A program made the translations under genes and the position numbers. This document shows positions 46,873-56,248 of a stretch of 64,000 nt of DNA, piece after piece. This DNA comes from Candidatus Melainabacteria bacterium 17Bon1m. GTDB taxonomy: Bacteria; Cyanobacteriota; Vampirovibrionia; Obscuribacterales; Obscuribacteraceae. Position 1 is the first letter of the stretch; every line of letters starts with the position of its first letter. The stretch is taken from positions 544,001 to 608,000 of the forward strand of contig JAVLKG010000004.1 of NCBI GenBank assembly GCA_032128875.1, written 5' to 3'. Under the pieces are notes generated by a model that ran no database searches, had not been told where the DNA came from, and worked only from the letters and a program-made list of their open reading frames with translations.

Positions 46873-48810
46873 CTAGACTTTTGCCGGCTCGCGTTTCTTT
46901 TCCGGACGGTTGTACGGGAAGACGATATCGGCGCGATCTATTTCATTCAGACCTGGGAAACCGCCTTCAATGATCATGTCGGCAAGTTTTGAACAGGCTT
47001 TGAAATAGCTGTCGGTTGGTCTTTCACCGGACAGCTTGCGACGCAGATCTTGGCAGAGGATGTCAGCCGACATCTCTACTACCAGGTTTTCCTGCTGGTG
47101 AGCCCAGAAGCAAGTAACCATCATTGTGATTGCGTCTTGAATGCGCTGCGACATCTCAGCGATGCGGCACTGTCTGTCAGCCAGCTTGAGCTGGTGTTTG
47201 GTCATAGCGTCGCTCAACTCGATTGGTGACTGCTCGAGCACTTCGATTGCATAATCGACGTGTCCCTTTAGTGCAGCGCCCATATTCGAGCCTTCGTAAG
47301 TATCCGGCGCAGCGAATTGCTTGCCCAGTCTCCAAAAAGCGTAAGGGAAAATCTCGTTGCGCAATTTCCATACGTGACTCGGATCCATTGGATTGAGTCC
47401 TTTGAGACCTTCTCTTTGAAGCGCCTTGCCGACCGGCTCCATGAATTTTTGACCATGGTTTTTAGCCAGCGATTTGAAGAACGCCATTCCCAGCATCTCG
47501 CCCTCGCCTTCGTAAATGCAAGGCGCCAAGAAATCGTGGACATTGTCTCCGAAGAGGTGCCCATGCACGAATGAACGTCCGCCGTGCGTCTTCATGAAAA
47601 GCTCGATGGCACATTCTTTCTCTGCTTCGCTTCCAAAGATCTTAGCGATAATGCATTCCAGCTCGCCACGGTAGCCTTGATCAAGGAGCCACGAACCCCA
47701 GCTGTAAAGCGCCTCTGTGCCGATAATGAGGGCAGCGGCGCGAGCAATTCTGCGTTTTACCAGCTCTCTAGTCTCAATGGCATGACCGTATGTTTCACGG
47801 AAATGAGCCCATGGCAGCATGTTCGCCAACATCAAGCGCATAACGCCCGATGCTGTCGCGCAAAGTGCCAGGCGGCCCAAATTGAGTCCGTGATATGCAA
47901 CAGTCAGACCATCTCCAAGAGGGGGCGCCAGAAGGTTTTCTTTAGGGACCGCGAAATCCTTGAAGACCAGACCTTGGTTGTATGCGTGCTTGAGAGCGTG
48001 CAAGCCGTATTTAACGATCTTGAAATTCTCGTTTTCAGTCTTAGGCAAATCAGCAATGATGGCTGCCGGCTTGCCGTCTATGAGGCACACGATACCTATG
48101 GTGCGTCCAGGAATGGCGTTGGTGATAAAGAGCTTTTCACCGTTGATGAGCCATTTGTCCCCGGACAAAGTGGCGGTGGTTTTCAGAGCCGTAAGGTCTG
48201 ACCCCGCACCTGGCTCTGTCAACGCAAATGCTGATAAAGCCTGCCCGCTGGCAAGTTTGGGAAGAAATTGCTTCTTCTGCTCCTCGTTGCCGAAGCTTCT
48301 GACCGGGTCGACAGCTCCGATACATCCATGCACCGAAGCCAGACCGGCTGCAGTCGGCTCGATGGTGGCGATTTTGCTGAGAAAGGTCATGAACTGTTGG
48401 ACTGAGCACCCTTCACCGCCAAATTTCTTGTCGATGAGCATTCCCCAGTAGCCGGCATCAGCGAGATCACTCAGGACATTTTCCGGAATCTTTCCATCCG
48501 GACCGTACATGGTGTTTTCGCGTTTGTGCTTCTTTAAAACTTCAATGGATTTCTGCATGGACTGCAGATTGAGCTTGTCTTGAGGCACTTTCTCGGCTCT
48601 AAAAAGCTCGAAGGGGATTTTGTCATCCCAAACTGCCTTGTGAATCGGACTATTTGAGGTTTTGTATTCTTCGGCGAAAAGCGATTCGACTTCATCGTCG
48701 GCGCGGTCGACCGCACCTGTACGGCGAGATTCTTCTTCGGTCTTACCGCTCAGTCTGAGCGCGGTTTCGGCAAAGCTTACGTCTGATTTTGTGTTTTTAT
48801 CGGATGTCAT
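46873..48810 (-). CDS. Acyl-CoA dehydrogenase family protein (long form)
   Basis: FALTEPGAGSD, INGEKLFITN, LNLGR, HGG and IYEG motifs. Confidence 0.92.
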   Translation of the reverse strand: MTSDKNTKSDVSFAETALRLSGKTEEESRRTGAVDRADDEVESLFAEEYKTSNSPIHKAVWDDKIPFELFRAEKVPQDKLNLQSMQKSIEVLKKHKRENTMYGPDGKIPENVLSDLADAGYWGMLIDKKFGGEGCSVQQFMTFLSKIATIEPTAAGLASVHGCIGAVDPVRSFGNEEQKKQFLPKLASGQALSAFALTEPGAGSDLTALKTTATLSGDKWLINGEKLFITNAIPGRTIGIVCLIDGKPAAIIADLPKTENENFKIVKYGLHALKHAYNQGLVFKDFAVPKENLLAPPLGDGLTVAYHGLNLGRLALCATASGVMRLMLANMLPWAHFRETYGHAIETRELVKRRIARAAALIIGTEALYSWGSWLLDQGYRGELECIIAKIFGSEAEKECAIELFMKTHGGRSFVHGHLFGDNVHDFLAPCIYEGEGEMLGMAFFKSLAKNHGQKFMEPVGKALQREGLKGLNPMDPSHVWKLRNEIFPYAFWRLGKQFAAPDTYEGSNMGAALKGHVDYAIEVLEQSPIELSDAMTKHQLKLADRQCRIAEMSQRIQDAITMMVTCFWAHQQENLVVEMSADILCQDLRRKLSGERPTDSYFKACSKLADMIIEGGFPGLNEIDRADIVFPYNRPEKKREPAKV

Positions 48811-48992
48811 GGTTGCAACTGCCTGATAACTCTATTACTTCATCTTAGAGATCATACTAATTTGTGTTCGAATTAGTGACAAAAACGGGCAAATAGCAAG
48901 GGAAAAGCGTCGTTTAATTTCGGGCGGCGCCTGATAATTCCCCAGCAATGGGGTTCTCGACCGCGAAATCAAGTGTTTCTGAGGATTTCTCT

Positions 48993-51092
48993 ATGGCAGG
49001 CGAAGCCAAGAACCAAAACCCTGTGACCATTCCCCTCAAAAGAGTCACGCTCTACAAACATGGGATTGGTCACTTCGAACGGCGCGGCAAATTCAAAGGC
49101 CCGGGCGAGATCGAACTTTTGTGCGGTCCGGAAGATATCGACGACATGCTCAAGTCGCTTTTGGTTTTGAACGTCGAGGGCGGCGGCTTGGCGGCAGTCA
49201 CTTATGATTCGGCAAAAACGCTTCCCACTCGCTTATCTGAATTCGGGTTCGACCTGCGCAAGTGCCACGGTTTACTCGAACTGATTGCCCAAATAAAAGG
49301 CTCTCCAGTCACTATAAAAGTCGGAACACAAAAGATTGAGGGTCGCATTGCCGGTCTTGATGAGGTAGAACAGGCGGTCGGCGATAACAAGGTAGTTGAG
49401 CAGCAATTACTACTTTATTGCGGCGGAGCCGCTTTGAAGCGCTACGGCTTCTCGACGATTACAGAGATCACCCTCAACGATCCTCACCTGGCTTCCGAAA
49501 TCCAGCAGCAGCTTGAGCTTCTCTTTCAGTCCATTCGCAAAAAGGATCGCAAGCTTCTTAAGGTCGAGCTTACTGAAGCTGTAGAACGTGAAGTCGTTAT
49601 CGCCTATTCAATCCCTAATCCAATCTGGAAAACCAGTTATCGAATGATGGTCGATGACGGTGGACGCGTTTTGCTCCAGGGCACCGCAATTGTAGATAAC
49701 GTACAAGACGAAGATTGGGAAGAAGTTCAAATCTCCCTGGTCAGCGCTGCACCCGTGTCTTTCATTCAACCGCTTTATGATCCAGTGCAACCGCACCGGC
49801 GAAAGATTCAAGCGCAAGGGCATTCATCGCAAGGACCTTTTGTCGCTGAGCGTGGACATAACTTCAATGATGGTGGCTTTGGCAGCGGAGAAGTCGCATC
49901 CTCGACAAATTCATTTGAGCTGCAATTGCAAGAGCGATTTAAAGCCAGTAAGGAAGCTGATGGTATGCCAGTCACTGCCGGACTCGCCGGTGCTGCCAGC
50001 GCAAGCTGGAGGCGACTTGGTCCTTTGCCCAACCAATCGCGCGAAGCAGAAGCTGTAAACGTCTTCGATGCAGCACAGCTTCAAAACGTCGAAGTAGAGG
50101 TGAGTGAATCAGGAGAACTATTTGAATATCAAATTTCGCTGCCAGTCACAATTCCAAGAAACAGTTCAGCGCTCATTCCAATCGTCAATGAATTGATTGA
50201 AGGCGAAAGAATTTCTCTCTACAATGCCCAACGCAACACGCGCTTTCCATACGCTGCATTACGTTTGAAAAACACGACCGGTCTGACTTTAGAATCTGGA
50301 CCGGTGACCATTTTGGAAACCAATACTTATGCTGGCGAAGCGCTTCTTGATGTGCTCAAAAAAGATGATACGCGCATCTTGCCGTTTGCACTTGACCAAA
50401 GCATAGCTGTCGTAGTTCGCGACAATTTCGAGCGCAAGCCATTTTGGCGTGTGCGTGCCTGGCAAGGTTTCCTTTACCTCGATTACAAAGAGGAAACACA
50501 GAAGACTTACAATCTCGAGAATCTTGCGGAGAAAGAAAAGGTTGTTTATGTCGAACATCCGGTTCAATCAACTCTGTCTCTCGTTTCACAAGAAAAACCA
50601 GTGGAAGTGACTGAGAGCTTCTATAGATTCCGCGTTCCACTCAAAGCGAAAGAGTCTCATTCGCTTTCGGTTGTAGAGGAAGGACAAAATTATCAAACCG
50701 TCCGGCTGGAAGATTTCGATTCGCCTGACATGGCTGCAGTCAAATGGCTTATGGACCAAAACTTTGTGGACAAACAATTCCACGCGTTCTTGAAACAAGT
50801 CATTGAAAAACGTACCGTCATTCGATTGCTTTTAGAACAGCGAAAAACAATGCACGAGCATGTAGCAGAGTTGAAAGCGGAGCAGGAGAGAGCGCGCGAG
50901 AACGTTCGCACTCTTGGCTCTTCATCAGATCGTTATCGAACTGCTATTGATGAAACTGAAGATAAGATCGTTGCTGGAATTGCCAAGCTCAACGAGCTGA
51001 CCGGTCAGATCACAGAACTTAGAAAAGACTACATCAAGTTCATCGGTCAGACTTTGCAATCCGAAATCGTTGCGGAAATGGCAGCTACTTAG
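48993..51092 (+). CDS. DUF4139/DUF4140-type protein with C-terminal coiled coil
   Basis: VTLYKHGIGHFER, IDDMLKSL, P.WKTSYR, VDN..DEDW and GELFEY; SD GAGGA before ATG 48993. Confidence 0.75.
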   Translation: MAGEAKNQNPVTIPLKRVTLYKHGIGHFERRGKFKGPGEIELLCGPEDIDDMLKSLLVLNVEGGGLAAVTYDSAKTLPTRLSEFGFDLRKCHGLLELIAQIKGSPVTIKVGTQKIEGRIAGLDEVEQAVGDNKVVEQQLLLYCGGAALKRYGFSTITEITLNDPHLASEIQQQLELLFQSIRKKDRKLLKVELTEAVEREVVIAYSIPNPIWKTSYRMMVDDGGRVLLQGTAIVDNVQDEDWEEVQISLVSAAPVSFIQPLYDPVQPHRRKIQAQGHSSQGPFVAERGHNFNDGGFGSGEVASSTNSFELQLQERFKASKEADGMPVTAGLAGAASASWRRLGPLPNQSREAEAVNVFDAAQLQNVEVEVSESGELFEYQISLPVTIPRNSSALIPIVNELIEGERISLYNAQRNTRFPYAALRLKNTTGLTLESGPVTILETNTYAGEALLDVLKKDDTRILPFALDQSIAVVVRDNFERKPFWRVRAWQGFLYLDYKEETQKTYNLENLAEKEKVVYVEHPVQSTLSLVSQEKPVEVTESFYRFRVPLKAKESHSLSVVEEGQNYQTVRLEDFDSPDMAAVKWLMDQNFVDKQFHAFLKQVIEKRTVIRLLLEQRKTMHEHVAELKAEQERARENVRTLGSSSDRYRTAIDETEDKIVAGIAKLNELTGQITELRKDYIKFIGQTLQSEIVAEMAAT

Positions 51093-52275
51093 TATTCGCG
51101 TTGAATTTCATTTCAATCGGCGACTTGTCCGTGCTTCCCACTGAGATTGTCAGGTCGTTGCCTTCAAGCAATCCAATCAACCGTTTTCCTGCAAGTTCAT
51201 AACGCCAACCCTTTGTAAGTGGCGTTGCTTTCTCACCACCCAGTTTGTTTTCTCTATGCAGTTTTATGAGTTGCTGTAATTCATCTCTCGTAGAAAGCAA
51301 TTCGGTAGCCAGATCTTCTTCGTAGGCGATCACTTTCAAAACAGCAAAGAGCATGTCACCAACAAGAACATCACGTTTGCTGGGACCACGAGACGAAGGC
51401 CATGAGGGCAACTCACTGTCTGGAGTTGAACGTCCTTCTTGAGCCGCGCGCACTATGCCCTGACCAAAACCTTTGATCTGATCGGGTCTCATGCCGCGAA
51501 TGCGATTGAGATCTTCAACCTTATTCGGTGGTTTTCTGCTGACTTCAACTAGCAGGCTGTCTGACAAAATTGTCCTGGGCGGCTTATTCAAGCGTTGAGC
51601 AGTTTGATCGCGCCAGTGAAAAACGTAATTGAGTACTGCCAACCCACGACGATCAAGCACACTTGCGCCTTTCACTTTCAAGTATGCATCGGCATCTTCA
51701 TCTTCAAATTCTTCTGGTGAACAATTGCGCTTACACTCTTCGTCCGCCCATTCAAAACGTCCCATCGATTTCAGTCTGGCGGAAATCTCGTCATAAAGCG
51801 GCAGAAGATGTCTTACATCGTCGGCAGCATATGATAGTTGTGCTTCAGTCAGAGGTCTGGTCAGCCAGTCCGTAAAACTTTCAGTCTTTGAAAGTGAAAC
51901 ATTCAGAAGCTGAGAAACCAAGCGTCCATAGCCAATTTGATAACCCAGTCCAGCAAAACCGGATGCGACTTGAGTATCGAACATGTTTCCGGGAAGCGTT
52001 TGAAACTGATCATATATAAGGTCAAGATCTTGGCTGGCGGCGTGAATTACAGTTCTGATCTTTTCGTCGCGATATCTTTGCCAAAGGGGCATCAGATCTT
52101 GCTGCACGAGAGGATCGATAAGATGAACACCCTTGTCGGTTGCTACTTGCACAAGGCAAAGCACCGGACGATAGGTACGTTCAGGAATAAATTCGAGGTC
52201 GATGGCAAAACGCCCGCATTCGTCTATCTCTTCGCAGAGTTTTCCCAGGGCATCTGAAGTGGTGATCAGGGTCAT
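51085..52275 (-). CDS. rnd: Ribonuclease D (DEDDy exonuclease + HRDC)
   Basis: AIDLEF, LCLVQ, HAASQD, FDTQ, DW..RPL...QL.YAADD and an HRDC domain. Confidence 0.93.
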   Translation of the reverse strand: MTLITTSDALGKLCEEIDECGRFAIDLEFIPERTYRPVLCLVQVATDKGVHLIDPLVQQDLMPLWQRYRDEKIRTVIHAASQDLDLIYDQFQTLPGNMFDTQVASGFAGLGYQIGYGRLVSQLLNVSLSKTESFTDWLTRPLTEAQLSYAADDVRHLLPLYDEISARLKSMGRFEWADEECKRNCSPEEFEDEDADAYLKVKGASVLDRRGLAVLNYVFHWRDQTAQRLNKPPRTILSDSLLVEVSRKPPNKVEDLNRIRGMRPDQIKGFGQGIVRAAQEGRSTPDSELPSWPSSRGPSKRDVLVGDMLFAVLKVIAYEEDLATELLSTRDELQQLIKLHRENKLGGEKATPLTKGWRYELAGKRLIGLLEGNDLTISVGSTDKSPIEMKFNANTK

Positions 52276-52284
52276 TGAAACTTT

Positions 52285-53133
52285 CTACTGTGGCGGCTTG
52301 GCTATATAAGTACGAGACCAGCTCAAACAGCCGGGACGCCCGATGATTACTGAAGACTCGAGACGTACACTGTCCCTCGGAAATACGATCGACTCACCTT
52401 CAATGGGACCAACTTCCAGTTGTCCGCCTAGAGCAATCGCAATTGGACCGGCAGTGTCCCAGGTTTTCAACCGGCCCGCCAAATGAACATACAGATCAGC
52501 GTATCCTTCGAGAACTTTGGCGACTTTCAGTCCGATGCTGCCCATTTTGACGACTTCAACTTGCGGCAGCTCACCCACCCACGGATGACTCTTTCGATCG
52601 CGACCGCCCATGATGACTCGCGCATTCGATTCAATCTGCAGTGTTGCCAACTCAGAAAAACGTTCGCTTGGAGCGTCGTCCTTTTCAAAGTGCGCACCAT
52701 AACCGGGTCCGCCATAATAAAGCGTCTGCCATGCCGGTGCATAAACCCAACCAAATATCGGCGCGCCTTCAACGAGAAGACCAATCATCACCGAATACTG
52801 TCCGTCATTGCAAATGTAATTGTCTGTTCCATCTATAGGATCGACCAGCCAAACTCTTTGCTTCGTGCCTTCAGGGCAGTGATGCTCATCTTCTTCGGAA
52901 ACAATTTCGTCATTGGGAAAGCGCGCGCTGAGCTGCTTCACCAATTGCTTTGAAATTGCGCAATCGGCTGCGGTTACTTTGTCCGACGGTCCAGACTTTT
53001 CTCGAATATCTACGCCTTCACGCATGGCGATAGCAATTGCGCCTGCTTCGCGCACAATTTTTTTGACATACTCAATGTCTTCTGCGCTAACTGATGGTTG
53101 TCCGGTCACGGGCTTACCGCTTAGTGTTGCCAA
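52285..53133 (-). CDS. cysQ: Inositol monophosphatase family, CysQ-like 3'(2'),5'-bisphosphate nucleotidase
   Basis: VTAAD, SEE, WLVDPIDGT, GSIGLK and WDTA motifs. Confidence 0.8.
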   Translation of the reverse strand: MATLSGKPVTGQPSVSAEDIEYVKKIVREAGAIAIAMREGVDIREKSGPSDKVTAADCAISKQLVKQLSARFPNDEIVSEEDEHHCPEGTKQRVWLVDPIDGTDNYICNDGQYSVMIGLLVEGAPIFGWVYAPAWQTLYYGGPGYGAHFEKDDAPSERFSELATLQIESNARVIMGGRDRKSHPWVGELPQVEVVKMGSIGLKVAKVLEGYADLYVHLAGRLKTWDTAGPIAIALGGQLEVGPIEGESIVFPRDSVRLESSVIIGRPGCLSWSRTYIAKPPQ

Positions 53134-53168
53134 CTTATGGGAGTCCTTAAAACTTAAAACTGTGTCGC

Positions 53169-53648
53169 CTAAGACTTAGAGGCCGACGGTTCTTCTGAGT
53201 ACATACGGCATTTGAATTCGTCGGCTAGCTTATTGTCGAGCAAATCAGCTACGTATGCGACGTTCCAAACCAATTCATCCAGCTCTTCTTGCACGAGTCC
53301 AAGGGTCGGTCTTTGGGCGACAACAAGAACAATGTTGTCGTGCGTCGCCAGCGCGCAGCTGCTCAAATTAGCATTCAAATCCAGCATCTTCTTATACATC
53401 GCCTCGCGATTAGCTTCAGGCAAGTGTACGAGAGGACTGGTTATGCGCAAAACAGCGCCATTCGGGCTGTCCTGGATGAAAACATAAATTTTCGCCGAGC
53501 CTTCAGTCAACCACCAGCCGTAGCCTTCAGAGCCATTGAGCTGGTGCTTGCCCAGATCAAGACCACGGCGGCTGAAATAGTTGTCGACCATGCCGACAGC
53601 CTCTTCAGTGACTCCTTTGTTGACTTTTTGCGTTCCAAAAAGGCCCAT
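53169..53648 (-). CDS. YbjN / CesT-like chaperone-fold protein
   Basis: W.LTEGSA.I.V...LRITSP...YKKMLDLN...VAYVADLLD..L pattern recalled for this family. Confidence 0.75.
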   Translation of the reverse strand: MGLFGTQKVNKGVTEEAVGMVDNYFSRRGLDLGKHQLNGSEGYGWWLTEGSAKIYVFIQDSPNGAVLRITSPLVHLPEANREAMYKKMLDLNANLSSCALATHDNIVLVVAQRPTLGLVQEELDELVWNVAYVADLLDNKLADEFKCRMYSEEPSASKS

Positions 53649-54001
53649 GGCTTTGTCCTCTCGACTGCCTCATCGAGGCGTTAATTCCGCTGGCTTCGTC
53701 CGTACTTATTAAAGAGCGGGGATATGCCACACAGTATACCGCCGCCCGCTACAGCGCGCATTGGACGGAAGTTAGGAGCCTTAAAGCCGCTTATCCTTTG
53801 ATAATCGGCAATTGAGAACACAGATACGGACGCCATTTACAACCGGGATTTTTCTGGGCATTCCCATAAACGTCCACGGGTTGGGCAAAACAAGGTTTCA
53901 TCGTGTCTGTTATAAGGTCGTTTACAGAGCTGGCTAGAGCGCGAAACGCATGATAAAATACTCAAACTGACCTTGGGTCGGTACCTCTTTGTGTGCTCTA
54001 T

Positions 54002-54073
<72 letters not shown>

Positions 54074-54090
54074 CATATTAGAAAGCTTAG

Positions 54091-54117
54091 TCGCGACAGC
54101 CTTACCGGTTGTCGCGA
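54091..54117 (+). terminator. Hairpin after tRNA-Asn
   Basis: TCGCGACAGCC-ttacc-GGTTGTCGCGA followed by TTGCTTCTTT. Confidence 0.7.
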
Positions 54118-54152
54118 TTGCTTCTTTAAAGCCGCATCTTCATAATTTAGAG

Positions 54153-56207
54153 ATGGCAACGGTTAATTTCATGCTGCAAGATCTATCGGCTTCGGCCCTT
54201 GGGTTCGCGGTATGGGCGGTTCTTGGGATCTCGCAGGGGTATTTGATTGGCTATGGCGCCAATACCCTGCGGTTTCGCTCAAAAACCCTGGGCAACAGGT
54301 TGCTTCTGGCGATGATGCTATCCGTCAGTATTGTCCCGGTTCTCAATCATCTTATATGTGCAGCATTCGGAATGACCGCGATGGCGATCGCTTCCTTGTC
54401 ATCGGTGCTGCTTTTTATTGCTTTGCTCCTGCGTGATTGGAAACGAGTTGGGACTCTCGTTCAATCCGAGCGGAAATTGAAGGTGCCTCGCAAGGCAATA
54501 GCCATTTGTATTCTTCTCTGGTGTGCACTCGAATATCTAATGATCTGCGATTTGCAATTCGGCTCGCAGCTTTATTTCCCTTCAACTGCTTTGGATTATT
54601 TGAAACACGTTGCAATTACGGATGCAATTTGTAGGAGCGGTGTTCCGCCAACAAATCCTATGTACTCACCCGGCGAATTGCAGGCTCTCTTTTATTACTA
54701 CTTCTGGCACCTAGGCGCCGCCAACGTTGCCAAAATCATTGGATCTGCTTTTGACGGCAGGGCTGCTGTGTTGAGTGGTGCGGTTTGGACGAGTTTGGTT
54801 TTGATTGCAACAGTTGCATATTCCGCGCGCTACTTCAGATTTGTGAAACACGAAGCAGGCAAACTTTCAACGATTGCAGTTTTGCTGCTGCTGGTAGGCA
54901 ACCTATACATCTTTGTCTATTTACCTCTCAATGCCATCTCGGTGATAAATCACCTCAAGGTCTTGCCGAGTATCATTGCCGGCTCACAAGACACGATAAA
55001 TCCATTTACGGTGAATATGTTTTGGGTGCCGCATCATGTTGCTGCATTCGTTTCTATGCTGACTTGCATTTTCCTTTTCAAAGAATCCTGTTCTTCGCAA
55101 AAGACAGGTAGAAAGATACTTCTCGCTCTGCTCAGTGGCATCTGTGCCGCAAGCACTGTAGGGCAGTCTATTTATCTCGGACTGACATTAGCAGGGACTT
55201 TTGCCGGTCTGTTTTTTATCGCGATTTCAAAGCGTTCCAAAACATCCCTTGCAACCTTGATTGCAGTAGGTCTAATTGGAATTGTATTTGCTCTTCCATT
55301 CTTGCGCGAATTGGTGCACAGCAATCATCACCATGAACCGGCTATACAGTTTGCCTTCCGGCAGTTGGATCCTCTGCCCTGGTTTTTTGGCAATCAGCAG
55401 GGAATTATCGTCTGGTTGGTTGAACTTCTTTACTTCCCCTGGTCGTTTCTATTCGGCATGGGGTTTGTACTTGCGGCAGCCGTTTATTACTGGAAGTCTA
55501 CATTTGGAAAGAAAATCGGTGAACGTGAGGAAATTTTGCTCGTCATGTTTGCCGTCTCTATGCTCATCTGCACTTTTCTGCGCTCTGCAATTGTCGGCAA
55601 CGACTTGGGCTGGCGAGCCACAATTCCTGGACTGTTTGCTTGCTTGATTTGGTCAGCAAACTACATGGTCATGGTCGGCAAGCCGGAGTTTCCAAAAGCA
55701 AAAATGACAATTTTCCTCAAAGCCCTCATTGTTATTGGCTTGCTGAACCTTGCTGCTGATTTTGCACTGACAAGATTTGGGTCCATGACCTTTGGCGGTA
55801 CAGCCTTCTATGATCTTCGCGCAGTTTACGATCAATTGAATAAGCAAACAAAAGTCAATTCAATTGTTCAGCATAATCCGATAGATAGAATGATCGTAGG
55901 CAATTACTCGCACCGACAAATGGCTGCCTCTGACGATTTGCAGGGCTTTTGCTTCGGACCGACAAAAGAGGAATATAGTCAAGTAGCCTCGGACGTGAAA
56001 TCAATTTTTCTGCCAGGTCTGACCAGCGATGAGTTACAGAGAATTTGCGGTAAGTATCATATCGATTTCATAGTAATTCGGGACAGCGACCCAATTTGGA
56101 ATGAAAAGGATTCACCCGTTTGGAAATTTCCTCTCGTAGCGGACCGTCCTCACGCAAAAGCGGTGGTTGTAAACCGCCAGCAATTGGTCGAGCCAAACAA
56201 CCGATAA
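54153..56207 (+). CDS. Polytopic membrane protein, GT-C-like glycosyltransferase candidate
   Basis: More than 12 TM segments, loop motif D..KH...D..GVPP.NP..YYYFWH, WVPHH, and a C-terminal periplasmic domain. Confidence 0.6.
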   Translation: MATVNFMLQDLSASALGFAVWAVLGISQGYLIGYGANTLRFRSKTLGNRLLLAMMLSVSIVPVLNHLICAAFGMTAMAIASLSSVLLFIALLLRDWKRVGTLVQSERKLKVPRKAIAICILLWCALEYLMICDLQFGSQLYFPSTALDYLKHVAITDAICRSGVPPTNPMYSPGELQALFYYYFWHLGAANVAKIIGSAFDGRAAVLSGAVWTSLVLIATVAYSARYFRFVKHEAGKLSTIAVLLLLVGNLYIFVYLPLNAISVINHLKVLPSIIAGSQDTINPFTVNMFWVPHHVAAFVSMLTCIFLFKESCSSQKTGRKILLALLSGICAASTVGQSIYLGLTLAGTFAGLFFIAISKRSKTSLATLIAVGLIGIVFALPFLRELVHSNHHHEPAIQFAFRQLDPLPWFFGNQQGIIVWLVELLYFPWSFLFGMGFVLAAAVYYWKSTFGKKIGEREEILLVMFAVSMLICTFLRSAIVGNDLGWRATIPGLFACLIWSANYMVMVGKPEFPKAKMTIFLKALIVIGLLNLAADFALTRFGSMTFGGTAFYDLRAVYDQLNKQTKVNSIVQHNPIDRMIVGNYSHRQMAASDDLQGFCFGPTKEEYSQVASDVKSIFLPGLTSDELQRICGKYHIDFIVIRDSDPIWNEKDSPVWKFPLVADRPHAKAVVVNRQQLVEPNNR

Positions 56208-56248
56208 GTCGTGGCTTCTTGTAGCGATGTGAGACAAACATCCGGAAG

